Of a stretch of 64,000 bases of DNA, positions 35,055 through 43,233 are shown piece after piece. The stretch lies in the NCBI GenBank assembly GCA_050018395.1, contig JBEKAC010000005.1, forward strand, positions 4,794 to 68,793, in the 5' to 3' direction. The stretch comes from Dehalococcoidales bacterium (GTDB lineage Bacteria; Chloroflexota; Dehalococcoidia; Dehalococcoidales; RBG-16-60-22). The notes below the pieces were generated by a model, which saw only the letters and a program-made list of their open reading frames with translations, searched no databases and had not been told where the DNA came from. How positions within the stretch are numbered: position 1 is the first letter of the stretch; each line of letters starts with the position of its first letter. The position numbers and the translations under genes are program-made.

Positions 35055-35544
35055 GGTTGATGTTGATTTCGGCATGGGCCAGATAAGCCTGGGGGGATTG
35101 TTCAAGGGGCTGGGCAATTTCATGGACCTTGCCTCCAAATTAAGCGAAGAAGGGTATGAGAAAAAGGGTGAGATCAGCGGCTTGCCTAAAGGGGCTAAAG
35201 GGGTTTATGGCTTTAGTATCAGGACGCTGGCAGGTAAGCCGGTAATCGAGAGCTTTGGGAACATTAAGGAAACGGCCAGGGGGCCGGTGGTGGAAGAGGT
35301 CCGGGAACCGATGGTTGATATTTTTAATGAAAAAGACCGCATCCTAGTTATTGCCGAGTTACCCGGCATAGCGGAGAGCGAAATTAAAATCGAGGTAAAC
35401 GGGGATATCCTTAATCTGTCGGCGGCCGGTAGAGACCGGAAATACGCCAGGGAAGTCCTCCTCCCCGCCAGGGTTAAACCGGACTCACTAAAGAGTTCCT
35501 ATAAGAATGGGATTTTAGAAATCACCCTGGAAAAAGAAAAATAG
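35029..35544 (+). CDS. Hsp20/alpha-crystallin-domain protein (GvpH-like), paralog 1
   Basis: 171 aa; [27 protein letters not shown]...[14 protein letters not shown]; overlaps the gvpN end by 26 nt. Confidence 0.8.
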   Translation: MPKKEKNGKVDVDFGMGQISLGGLFKGLGNFMDLASKLSEEGYEKKGEISGLPKGAKGVYGFSIRTLAGKPVIESFGNIKETARGPVVEEVREPMVDIFNEKDRILVIAELPGIAESEIKIEVNGDILNLSAAGRDRKYAREVLLPARVKPDSLKSSYKNGILEITLEKEK

Positions 35545-35561
35545 CCGGAGGAGATATTTTC

Positions 35562-37700
35562 GTGAGTGTTGCTATTGCGGTCGTGACTCTGCGCGTGGCT
35601 GAAGCAAAACCCCGGGACGTGGGGCGGGGTATCGCCCGGATTGACCCCCGGGACCTGGAAAAACTGGGCGCCGAGGTGGGCGATATTATTCAGGTGGAAG
35701 GCAAACGGAAGACGGCCGCCAAGGTCATGCCGGCCTATGCGGAAGACCGGGGAAAGTCGCTCATCCAGATAGACGGGCTTTTGCGGGGTAATGCCCAGGT
35801 CTCTCTGGATGAAAAGGTCACGGTGCAAAAGGCCAGCTTTTTACCGGCTGAAAAGATAGTACTCAACCCGCTGACTCTGGTGAGGTCCATCAGCCAGGAG
35901 AGAGACGCTAAGTATATCGGCACTTTATTGGACGGGCTGCCGCTGGTAGAGGGGGACACTATCAGGGCCAACCTCTTCGGCACCCGGAGCCAGGATTTTA
36001 CCGTGATCAGCTCTATCCCCAGGGGCCTGGTGCTGGTGCATGCCCGGACCAAAATAGAGGTTAAAGAGAAGACTGAACCTAGGGTTAAAGACTCCAAAAT
36101 ATCCTACGAAGATATCGGCGGTCTGGGAAAAGAATTGCACCGGATAAGAGAGATGGTTGAGCTGCCTCTCAAGTATCCTCAGATATTTGAACGTCTAGGA
36201 ATAGACCCTCCCAAGGGAGTGCTCCTTCATGGCCCTCCCGGGTGCGGCAAAACGCTGATTGCCCGCGCCGTGGCCAATGAAACAGCGGCTTATTTTACCC
36301 ATATCACCGGCCCGGAGATAATGGGCAAGTTTTACGGGGAGAGTGAAGGGCGGCTCCGGGCTGTCTTTGAAGAAGCCAAAAACAACGCCCCCGCCATTCT
36401 TTTCATTGATGAAATCGACGCCATTGCCCCCAAAAGGGAAGAGATGGGCGGCGAGAAGCAGGTGGAAAGAAGGGTGGTGGCCCAGCTGCTGGCCCTCATG
36501 GACGGACTGGAATCAAGGGGCGAGGTAATTGTCATCGGGGCCACCAATATCCCCAACTCTCTCGACCCGGCGCTGCGGCGGCCCGGCCGGTTCGACCGCG
36601 AGATCGCCATCAGCATCCCCGACCATAAAGGGCGCCTGGATATCCTCCAGATTCACACCCGGGGCATGCCCCTGGCGCAGGATGTCGACCTGGAAAGGCT
36701 TTCCCAGATTACTCATGGCTTTGTCGGGGCCGACCTGGAAGCCTTAAGCCGCGAGGCGGCGATGAATGCCCTCAGAAAAATAATGCCCAACATCGATTTT
36801 CAGCTGGACGAGATTCCGTATGAAACTCTCTTGAAACTGGAAGTAACGATGAATGACTTCACCGAGGCGCTTAAAGAGGTGGAACCCTCGGCGATTCGTG
36901 AGGTCTTTGTCGAGGTCCCCAACGTAAGATGGGAGGATGTCGGCGGCCTGGACGAAATGAAACAAAAATTAGTTGAGGCCGTGGAATGGCCGCTACGCTA
37001 TCCTCACCTGTTCCAGGAGGCCAACGTCAATCCTCCTAAAGGTATTCTCCTTTCCGGCTCACCGGGGACGGGAAAGACCCTGGTCGCCAAAGCGCTGGCC
37101 CATGAAAGCGAGGTAAATTTCATCTCGATAAAAGGCCCCGAGCTGATATCAAAATATATCGGCGAATCGGAAAGGGGCGTGAGAGAGATATTCCGGAAAG
37201 CCAAGCAGGCCAGCCCCTGCATTATCTTCTTCGATGAGTTTGATTCACTGGTGCCGGAACGCGGGACCAGCGATAATTCACAGGTTACCGAGAGAGTTAT
37301 CAGCCAGTTCCTCACCGAGCTCGATGGGCTGGAAGAGCTTAAAGGTGTACTGGTCCTGGCGGCTACCAACAGAAAGGACCTCATCGATTCCGCCATCGTG
37401 AGGACGGGCCGGTTTGATTTCACCCTGGAGTTCTCCTTACCTGATGAAAAGGCCCGTCGGGAAATATTTGGCATTCATGCCAGGGGCAAACCCCTCGCTC
37501 CTGACATCAATCTGGAAGTCATGGCCCAGAAAACAGAAGGTCTGGCGGGTTCGGATATCGAGGTCATCTGCCGCGAAGCCGCCATGATAGCTATCAGGAC
37601 GTTTATCAAAAATGAAGACAAGAAAGGCAAACTCAAAATTACCAGGCAGCATTTTGAAATGGCCATTGATTGGTTAAAAGCACAGAAAGGGGAAGAATAA
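35562..37700 (+). CDS. CDC48/VCP/VAT-type double-ring AAA+ ATPase
   Basis: 712 aa, GTG start. N-domain is [37 protein letters not shown]. Two AAA modules: [25 protein letters not shown] and [25 protein letters not shown]. Confidence 0.9.
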   Translation: MSVAIAVVTLRVAEAKPRDVGRGIARIDPRDLEKLGAEVGDIIQVEGKRKTAAKVMPAYAEDRGKSLIQIDGLLRGNAQVSLDEKVTVQKASFLPAEKIVLNPLTLVRSISQERDAKYIGTLLDGLPLVEGDTIRANLFGTRSQDFTVISSIPRGLVLVHARTKIEVKEKTEPRVKDSKISYEDIGGLGKELHRIREMVELPLKYPQIFERLGIDPPKGVLLHGPPGCGKTLIARAVANETAAYFTHITGPEIMGKFYGESEGRLRAVFEEAKNNAPAILFIDEIDAIAPKREEMGGEKQVERRVVAQLLALMDGLESRGEVIVIGATNIPNSLDPALRRPGRFDREIAISIPDHKGRLDILQIHTRGMPLAQDVDLERLSQITHGFVGADLEALSREAAMNALRKIMPNIDFQLDEIPYETLLKLEVTMNDFTEALKEVEPSAIREVFVEVPNVRWEDVGGLDEMKQKLVEAVEWPLRYPHLFQEANVNPPKGILLSGSPGTGKTLVAKALAHESEVNFISIKGPELISKYIGESERGVREIFRKAKQASPCIIFFDEFDSLVPERGTSDNSQVTERVISQFLTELDGLEELKGVLVLAATNRKDLIDSAIVRTGRFDFTLEFSLPDEKARREIFGIHARGKPLAPDINLEVMAQKTEGLAGSDIEVICREAAMIAIRTFIKNEDKKGKLKITRQHFEMAIDWLKAQKGEE

Positions 37701-38456
37701 GTGTCCGGGCAAAGAAAATATATTTATGGAATTGTTCGGGAACACCAATTCAGGAGATTCGGCTTCACGGGGGTGGGAGAAGCTGATGTCTATACCATCA
37801 ACTGGCAAAAAATAGCTGCCATCGTCAGTGATACCGAGTTTTCGGAGATAGACCCGACCCGCAAGAACGTGCAGGCTCATACCATTGTCCAGGATGAGCT
37901 GTTGAAAGAGTACACCCTGCTCCCCATGAGCTTCGGCATGATTGCTGCCGGCGAAGATGAAGTTACAGGACTGCTGGAGAAGAATTACCAGGGTCTTACC
38001 GGCGAACTGGACCGCCTCGCCGATATGATAGAAGTTGAGCTGAAGCTCTACTGGGAACCGGAGACCATCATTAAAGAGCTGCAAGGTGAGAACCAGGAAC
38101 TATCCAAGATTAAGGCTAAAATAAATACGGCATCGTCGCTCGGGGAAAAACGGAATCTGTTAATCGAAGCCGGCAAACTGGTAGATGACATCGTTCTGGA
38201 CTGGAAGACCAGGTATGCCGGTATGGTTTACAGCGTTCTCTCAGAGCTATCTTCTCAGGCTAAAATGAATAATCCGGTGGGATTAAAGAACCTCCTTAAT
38301 GCCTCGTTCTTGATAGATAAGTCCGGTGAAAGTGAATTTAAAGAACAGGTCTACAAATTGGATGCAAACTTCCTGGGAAAAGTCAATTTTAAATATGTCG
38401 GGCCGATGCCTGCTTATAACTTCATTAATTTAAAGCTGGAGCCGGTAAAGTGTTAA
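37701..38456 (+). CDS. gvpF: GvpF/GvpL-family gas vesicle protein
   Basis: 251 aa; YIYGIV......VYTINWQKIAAIVSD...HTIVQDELLKEYTLLPMSFG pattern; GTG abuts the CDC48 stop. Confidence 0.85.
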   Translation: MSGQRKYIYGIVREHQFRRFGFTGVGEADVYTINWQKIAAIVSDTEFSEIDPTRKNVQAHTIVQDELLKEYTLLPMSFGMIAAGEDEVTGLLEKNYQGLTGELDRLADMIEVELKLYWEPETIIKELQGENQELSKIKAKINTASSLGEKRNLLIEAGKLVDDIVLDWKTRYAGMVYSVLSELSSQAKMNNPVGLKNLLNASFLIDKSGESEFKEQVYKLDANFLGKVNFKYVGPMPAYNFINLKLEPVKC

Positions 38457-38704
38457 CCGGATTACTATTTTCTGTCCTCGGTGTCCCCGTCACTCTTGCC
38501 AAGGAGATAATGGGCAAGCTTAGAGACGAGATTGACAAAGAACGCCTGATTACTGAAGAGTCGATTAAACAGAGACTCCAGCAGCTGCAACTACTGCTGC
38601 GGGACGGCGAGTTGAATGAAGAGGAATACGAAGGCATAGAGGAACAGCTTATAGCCAGGTTGAAGGCAGTAAGGGAATACCAAAAGAGCCAGGAGGTTAA
38701 ATAA
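38450..38704 (+). CDS. gvpG: gas vesicle protein G
   Basis: 84 aa; hydrophobic N-terminus then EEEYEGIEEQLIARLKAV, typical of GvpG; overlaps gvpF by 7 nt. Confidence 0.75.
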   Translation: MLTGLLFSVLGVPVTLAKEIMGKLRDEIDKERLITEESIKQRLQQLQLLLRDGELNEEEYEGIEEQLIARLKAVREYQKSQEVK

Positions 38705-39079
38705 ATGCCATTACAGGCGACGAAGGACGGGGGTAACACACTTGCGGACGTCATCGACCGCGTACTGGACAAGGGACTGATTATCAATGCCGATATCTGT
38801 GTTTCCATAGCCGGCGTTGAACTCCTGGGAATCAAGATACGGGCCGCCCTGGCATCTTTTGAGACAGCTGCCAAATATGGTCTGGAGTTCCCCAGTGGCA
38901 CCAACTATGAAAAAGCCGCCTGGAGGGAAACAGATGTCAGCAGGGAGATATGTCCGCAGTGCAGTAAAAAAGTCGTTACTGAAGAGCTTCTCAATGAGGG
39001 GTGTCCCTGGTGCGGGTGGATCAGCGCTAAGGCTAAAAAAGTTGAAGACAGAATAACACCCAAAATCGTGGCAGAGTAA
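38705..39079 (+). CDS. GvpA/J/M-family protein with a C-terminal CxxC...CxxC zinc ribbon
   Basis: 124 aa; LADVIDRVLDKGLIINADICVSIAGVELLGIKIRAALASFETAAKYG core, then CPQCSKK...GCPWCG. Confidence 0.8.
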   Translation: MPLQATKDGGNTLADVIDRVLDKGLIINADICVSIAGVELLGIKIRAALASFETAAKYGLEFPSGTNYEKAAWRETDVSREICPQCSKKVVTEELLNEGCPWCGWISAKAKKVEDRITPKIVAE

Positions 39080-39097
39080 AAAGGCGGGAACGTTAAA

Positions 39098-39613
39098 ATG
39101 AGCGCCGTGACGGTTAAAACTAAAAAAGGGCTGGACCAGCTCCTTCAGGTTCTGGATGAAAAGAGCCGGGCTATGTTGTGGCATCTGTGGTGGCACCGGC
39201 ATGCCGGTATCTCGGAATTAAGAGAGCTCATTGACGCTGCCAATGATTTTGAAGTTCTTTACCGGTTGAGAGAGGTCATCAACGAACAATCACTGAAGCT
39301 CTGGGGGAGACCGATAGTGAGCTTCGAACAGTCAAGGCTGGACTCCTCAAATGGGGCTATGGTTTTGTTTAGCTGGTGGTTTCTGGATGAAGAGAATGTT
39401 CCCATATCGGGTGGGAACAAACCGCTGGTAGACATATTCTATGAGAAAGACAGCATTTCCATCATCACTCAGGTGCCGACCTCGGTTGACCAGTCGCAAC
39501 GTGAAATATTGTATAAAAACGGTATCTTGAAGGTCCGGCTGGGAAAAAGGAAGAATAGTGGGACAGACAAAGGGAAAAAGCGGGAGGGGAGATTACACCC
39601 GGAACCCGCGTGA
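39098..39613 (+). CDS. hypothetical protein with a shortened Hsp20-like C-terminus (paralog 2)
   Basis: 171 aa; LVDIFYEKDSISIITQVP...ILYKNGILKVRLGK resembles the ends of an alpha-crystallin domain, with the middle missing. Confidence 0.5.
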   Translation: MSAVTVKTKKGLDQLLQVLDEKSRAMLWHLWWHRHAGISELRELIDAANDFEVLYRLREVINEQSLKLWGRPIVSFEQSRLDSSNGAMVLFSWWFLDEENVPISGGNKPLVDIFYEKDSISIITQVPTSVDQSQREILYKNGILKVRLGKRKNSGTDKGKKREGRLHPEPA

Positions 39614-40124
39614 AAAACAGTCGGAAGGCCCGGTGGAAGGCGTCCTTCGCGGTCTGGATGAGGTTATTCCCGGCTTCGGCGAGGTGGTAAAGGGGCTGGA
39701 AAAATCGGAAGCCTTTCAAAAAAGACTGGAAACCGCCAATGCCGAGGTGGAGCGCCGCCTGGGAAAAGCCCCTCTATCAAGCGGGGCGGTTAGCTCGAGA
39801 AGAGCTCCCTTTCAGGCCGGAAGAGCTTTGAAAATAAACCGGTCCGCGCCCGGTAAAGAATCACCGGTGCCATCATCGCCACGGGATGTGAATGCAGATA
39901 TATTTGACGAAGGTGACAACCTCGTAATCATCGCCGAGTTGCCCGGTGTAGATGAAAAGGACATCAAGATCGCGGTCAAAGAGAACCGGCTTAAGCTCTT
40001 TGCCCGGAGCCAGAGCCGCCAGTATAACAGGGAAATAGTCTTGCCTTGTAGCGTCAAAGAAAAACCGGGTTTGACTTATAAAAACGGGATTTTGAAAATC
40101 AGCCTGGAAAAGGAACCGAAATAG
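39558..40124 (+). CDS. Hsp20/alpha-crystallin-domain protein (GvpH-like), paralog 3
   Basis: DIFDEGDNLVIIAELPGVDEKDIKIAV...LTYKNGILKISLEK; the true start may be GTG 39633 (ggaagg RBS) rather than GTG 39558. Confidence 0.7.
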   Translation: MGQTKGKSGRGDYTRNPREKQSEGPVEGVLRGLDEVIPGFGEVVKGLEKSEAFQKRLETANAEVERRLGKAPLSSGAVSSRRAPFQAGRALKINRSAPGKESPVPSSPRDVNADIFDEGDNLVIIAELPGVDEKDIKIAVKENRLKLFARSQSRQYNREIVLPCSVKEKPGLTYKNGILKISLEKEPK

Positions 40125-40130
40125 GAGCCT

Positions 40131-40457
40131 ATGGCTATTAATATCGATGAGAATAACCTGAAACAAGGCGTACTGGGGCTGGTCATAGCCCTGGTGGAGG
40201 TAATCAAAGACACCCTGAAAATCCAGGCATTTAAAAGGATGGAGGGCGGAAGCTTAAGCGAGGAAGAATGCGAGCGGCTGGGAAAAGCTTTGATGGACCT
40301 GGATAACGCCCTGGAAGAAATCAAGACCGAACAGGGCATCATCGAATCGGTTCAGTCCGTGAGAGATGGGCTGGATGAGATTGTGGATGGCGTTATCGAT
40401 AGGATAGTAAATCCGGAAAAATGGCGGGATGAAGCCAAAAAAAGCCTGCCGGTTTAA
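40131..40457 (+). CDS. gvpK: gas vesicle protein K
   Basis: 108 aa; LKQGVLGLVIALVEVIKDTLKIQAFKRMEGGSLSEEECERLGKALMDLD is GvpK-like. Confidence 0.85.
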   Translation: MAINIDENNLKQGVLGLVIALVEVIKDTLKIQAFKRMEGGSLSEEECERLGKALMDLDNALEEIKTEQGIIESVQSVRDGLDEIVDGVIDRIVNPEKWRDEAKKSLPV

Positions 40458-40489
40458 TCGGGGAAAAGAACCTCTTGGGAGGCATATAA

Positions 40490-41656
40490 ATGGAAGAGAT
40501 ATTCTACGCTGTACTGGCACTGCGCACCGCCGGTAAGCCGGTCAATAAAGCGACAATACAGGCCGTGCTAAACCAGGCCGGCAAACAGGTTGACGAGACA
40601 GCCCTTGATGCTATGGCCGCCTTTGTTGAATCTTTAGCGAATGCCAGCGAGGGAAAAGAAGGAGCCATGGACCCCAGAATTATTAAGTTTCTGACCAGCG
40701 AACTAACGGGACATAAAGTGGAAACAACGCAGCTGGAGGCGCTTCTTGCCAAACTCAGCACGGCCGCTGCATCAGTTCCGGAGACTCTGAACGGTCACCT
40801 TGATACAGCACCGGAGGCGCAGGCCGGAGCCGCGGATGTGGAGTCTGAATCCCGCATTCACAGTAAAGGACGGTATGTCTATGGCGTGGCGATGGGGGAT
40901 AAGGAGGTCCGGCTGGGGCCGATAGGTATAGGGGGCAGCGAGGTTTACACTATCCCTTATAAAGACATCAGAGCGATCGTTCACAATTGCTCTACTGAGC
41001 CGTATCAGTCTACAGATGGCGCAACGGTAAAGGACTGGGTGAATATCCACGAAGGCGTTCTCGAAGCGGCCGGTGAACGACTTGGTATCGTTGTCCCCCT
41101 GGGCTTCGATACAATATTACAGTCAAAAGATGGCAGCACTTCCCCGGAAAATGTGGTAAACGACTGGCTCAAGGAGGATTATGACCGCCTTCGGGAGGTG
41201 ATGAGAAAGATAGAGGGTAAAGCTGAGTATGGAGTTCAGGTTTCCTATAAACTAAGTTTAGTCATTGAGCAGATATCGGAAAAGAGCGAAGAAATTAGAA
41301 GAATCAAGGAAGAGATAGCCACCAAATCCCCGGGTGTGGCTTATATGTATAAACAAAAGCTGGAAAGAGCCGTTAAGGCAGAGACCGAGCAGCTGGCCAA
41401 TGCCTGGTTCACCGATTTCTACACCAGGATTAAACCGCACACCGAGGATATCATCGTCGAGAAGACTAAAAAGCTGAATGATGGCAAAACAATGCTGCTT
41501 AACCTCTCCTGCCTGGTAGCCAGGGATAAAGTCGATAGCCTGGGTAAGGAATTGGAGGCTATCAATAATATGAACGGCTTCTCCGTTCACTTTTCCGGGC
41601 CCTGGCCGCCCTACAGCTTTGTGGCCAAACCCGTTGTTTTAGTTAAAGGAGAATAA
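40490..41656 (+). CDS. gvpL: GvpF/GvpL-family protein with an N-terminal archaeal ribosomal stalk P1/L12-like domain
   Basis: 388 aa; the N-terminal MEEIFYAVLALRTAGKPVNKATIQAVLNQAGKQVDETALDAMAAFVESL resembles archaeal L12/P1; from about aa 125 GRYVYGVA...VYTIPYKDIRAIVHN... is GvpF/L-like. Confidence 0.8.
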   Translation: MEEIFYAVLALRTAGKPVNKATIQAVLNQAGKQVDETALDAMAAFVESLANASEGKEGAMDPRIIKFLTSELTGHKVETTQLEALLAKLSTAAASVPETLNGHLDTAPEAQAGAADVESESRIHSKGRYVYGVAMGDKEVRLGPIGIGGSEVYTIPYKDIRAIVHNCSTEPYQSTDGATVKDWVNIHEGVLEAAGERLGIVVPLGFDTILQSKDGSTSPENVVNDWLKEDYDRLREVMRKIEGKAEYGVQVSYKLSLVIEQISEKSEEIRRIKEEIATKSPGVAYMYKQKLERAVKAETEQLANAWFTDFYTRIKPHTEDIIVEKTKKLNDGKTMLLNLSCLVARDKVDSLGKELEAINNMNGFSVHFSGPWPPYSFVAKPVVLVKGE

Positions 41657-41657
41657 A

Positions 41658-42014
41658 ATGCAGCCTACCCGGGACACTCATGCCACACTGGTAGACCTAC
41701 TCGATAGGGTACTGGAAAAGGGGCTGGTCCTTAATGCTGACCTGCTTATTAATGTCGCCGGCATTCCCCTCCTGGGGGTTAATTTGAGGGCCTGCCTGGC
41801 CGGGGTAGAGACCATGCTGAAATACGGCGTCTGGCAGGACTGGGATGCAGCCCAAAGGTCAATCGCCAACAAGGAGCGACAGCCTAAAAGGGCCAAAGAA
41901 CCAATAAGTGTTTCAGAATTGATACCGGAGCAAAATACTCCGTCTTCTCTATACAGGAAAACAGCCGCGGAATTTATAATAAATGAGGAGGCGAAAATCC
42001 AAGATGAACGCTAA
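41658..42014 (+). CDS. GvpA/J/M-family gas vesicle protein
   Basis: 118 aa; LVDLLDRVLEKGLVLNADLLINVAGIPLLGVNLRACLAGVETMLKYG. Confidence 0.8.
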   Translation: MQPTRDTHATLVDLLDRVLEKGLVLNADLLINVAGIPLLGVNLRACLAGVETMLKYGVWQDWDAAQRSIANKERQPKRAKEPISVSELIPEQNTPSSLYRKTAAEFIINEEAKIQDER

Positions 42015-42258
42015 TCAGGTAGTAGAAAAAGCGCGTAAAGAGTTTATCGGACTGGGTAAGAAGCCGACCGATGGGATTACCGGCCTTGCCAAGACGAAGG
42101 AAGGGTGGTCCATCCAGATAGAGTCACTGGAAAGGAAGGCCATTCCTGATACCATGGATGTGCTGGGTTTGTATGAACTCCGCATGGATGACGAAGGCCA
42201 TCTTCTCGGCCTTGACAGGAAGAAGCTGCGCAAGCGCGGCGAAACACATGAAGAGTGA
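42004..42258 (+). CDS. gvpO: gas vesicle protein O
   Basis: 84 aa from ATG 42004; GITGLAKTKEGWSIQIESLERKAIPDTMDVLGLYELRMDDEGHLLGLDRKKLRKRG fits the GvpO pattern. Confidence 0.75.
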   Translation: MNANQVVEKARKEFIGLGKKPTDGITGLAKTKEGWSIQIESLERKAIPDTMDVLGLYELRMDDEGHLLGLDRKKLRKRGETHEE

Positions 42259-42272
42259 AAGGAAAGTGCCAG

Positions 42273-42473
42273 ATGACAGAATGGAACAAGTGCCCGGGAT
42301 GCGGAAGCACTATCAGCGGTGACTCTGATTTCTGCCCGAATTGCGGAGAACCGTGGACCATCAAGTGTCCGGGTTGTGGCATGATACAGCGTTTCTGGAA
42401 AATGCATAAATTTTGTCACAATTGTGGCACGCGGATGGAATTGCATGGCGTCGTTAAGAGCCACCGGAAGTAG
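42273..42473 (+). CDS. double zinc-ribbon protein
   Basis: 66 aa; CPGCG...CPNCG...CPGCG...CHNCG; gaaaggaaag RBS; start could be GTG 42255. Confidence 0.55.
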   Translation: MTEWNKCPGCGSTISGDSDFCPNCGEPWTIKCPGCGMIQRFWKMHKFCHNCGTRMELHGVVKSHRK

Positions 42474-42520
42474 CTTGGTTTTGTGACGGATCTCATGCCC
42501 GAATATGCACCGGATAAGTG

Positions 42521-43210
42521 ATGAAAAAACTGTTTATTATTCCTATCATCCATATGAGTGCCGATATGGGTTCGGTGGCTTTAGCTCTGGATGAAGCGGC
42601 AGGTGCCAGGCTGACGCCGGAACTGTGGCAGAAGCACAAAGAAATCGTATCCGTTTTCTGGGATTCCATCGGACGATTTTTCGATTCTCTACAAGTCAGC
42701 GGTTTTAAAGTCTATCAGGATGGGGTCTTCGTTGACGGCGAAGAAGGAAATAGAATCATCAGGGAGGGCATCAAGCAGGGGAGTAAAAATTACGAGATTG
42801 TGGGCAGGCTTCTGGATAGAGGCGCCGTCCTGGTAAAAACCGAGTCTCTCCCCCTGGTAAAACAAGAATACAGCTATATCACCAAAATGACCCGCTCTAA
42901 ATCGTTAAAAGAAAAGGAAGTCGCTGCTCTCAGGTACAAACTGGCCCGGGGTAAACTGTTAAAGCAAAGGGATGAATTCATCGCCGGAAGAATCAATGAG
43001 ACCCTGGCTAAAGGTGAAACCGGTATCCTTTTCATCGGGGCATATCACGATGTTATCCGCAAACTGGCTTCTGAAATAAAAGTATCTCAGGTTAAAGAGG
43101 TTGCCCGGGTTAAGGACTACTATAATCAACTAATAAAAGCCAGGCGGTATGACAAATACCTCCAAAATCTCGGGGAGTATCTCACCTCGCCCGTTTCCGG
43201 CGTGTCATAA
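42521..43210 (+). CDS. hypothetical protein, last gene of the gvp cluster; weak TraB/Tiki-like GxxH pattern
   Basis: 229 aa; LFIIPIIHMS near the N-terminus and ILFIGAYHDV near the C-terminus. Confidence 0.45.
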   Translation: MKKLFIIPIIHMSADMGSVALALDEAAGARLTPELWQKHKEIVSVFWDSIGRFFDSLQVSGFKVYQDGVFVDGEEGNRIIREGIKQGSKNYEIVGRLLDRGAVLVKTESLPLVKQEYSYITKMTRSKSLKEKEVAALRYKLARGKLLKQRDEFIAGRINETLAKGETGILFIGAYHDVIRKLASEIKVSQVKEVARVKDYYNQLIKARRYDKYLQNLGEYLTSPVSGVS

Positions 43211-43233
43211 GCACGCAAATACCTGCAACGTTC

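Noticed and set aside
39098-40124. A single frameshifted Hsp20 gene spanning both ORFs
   Set aside because: Each ORF has its own ...YKNGILK(V/I).L... C-terminal strand, so they are separate (para)logs and not halves of one gene. The start of the second remains uncertain.
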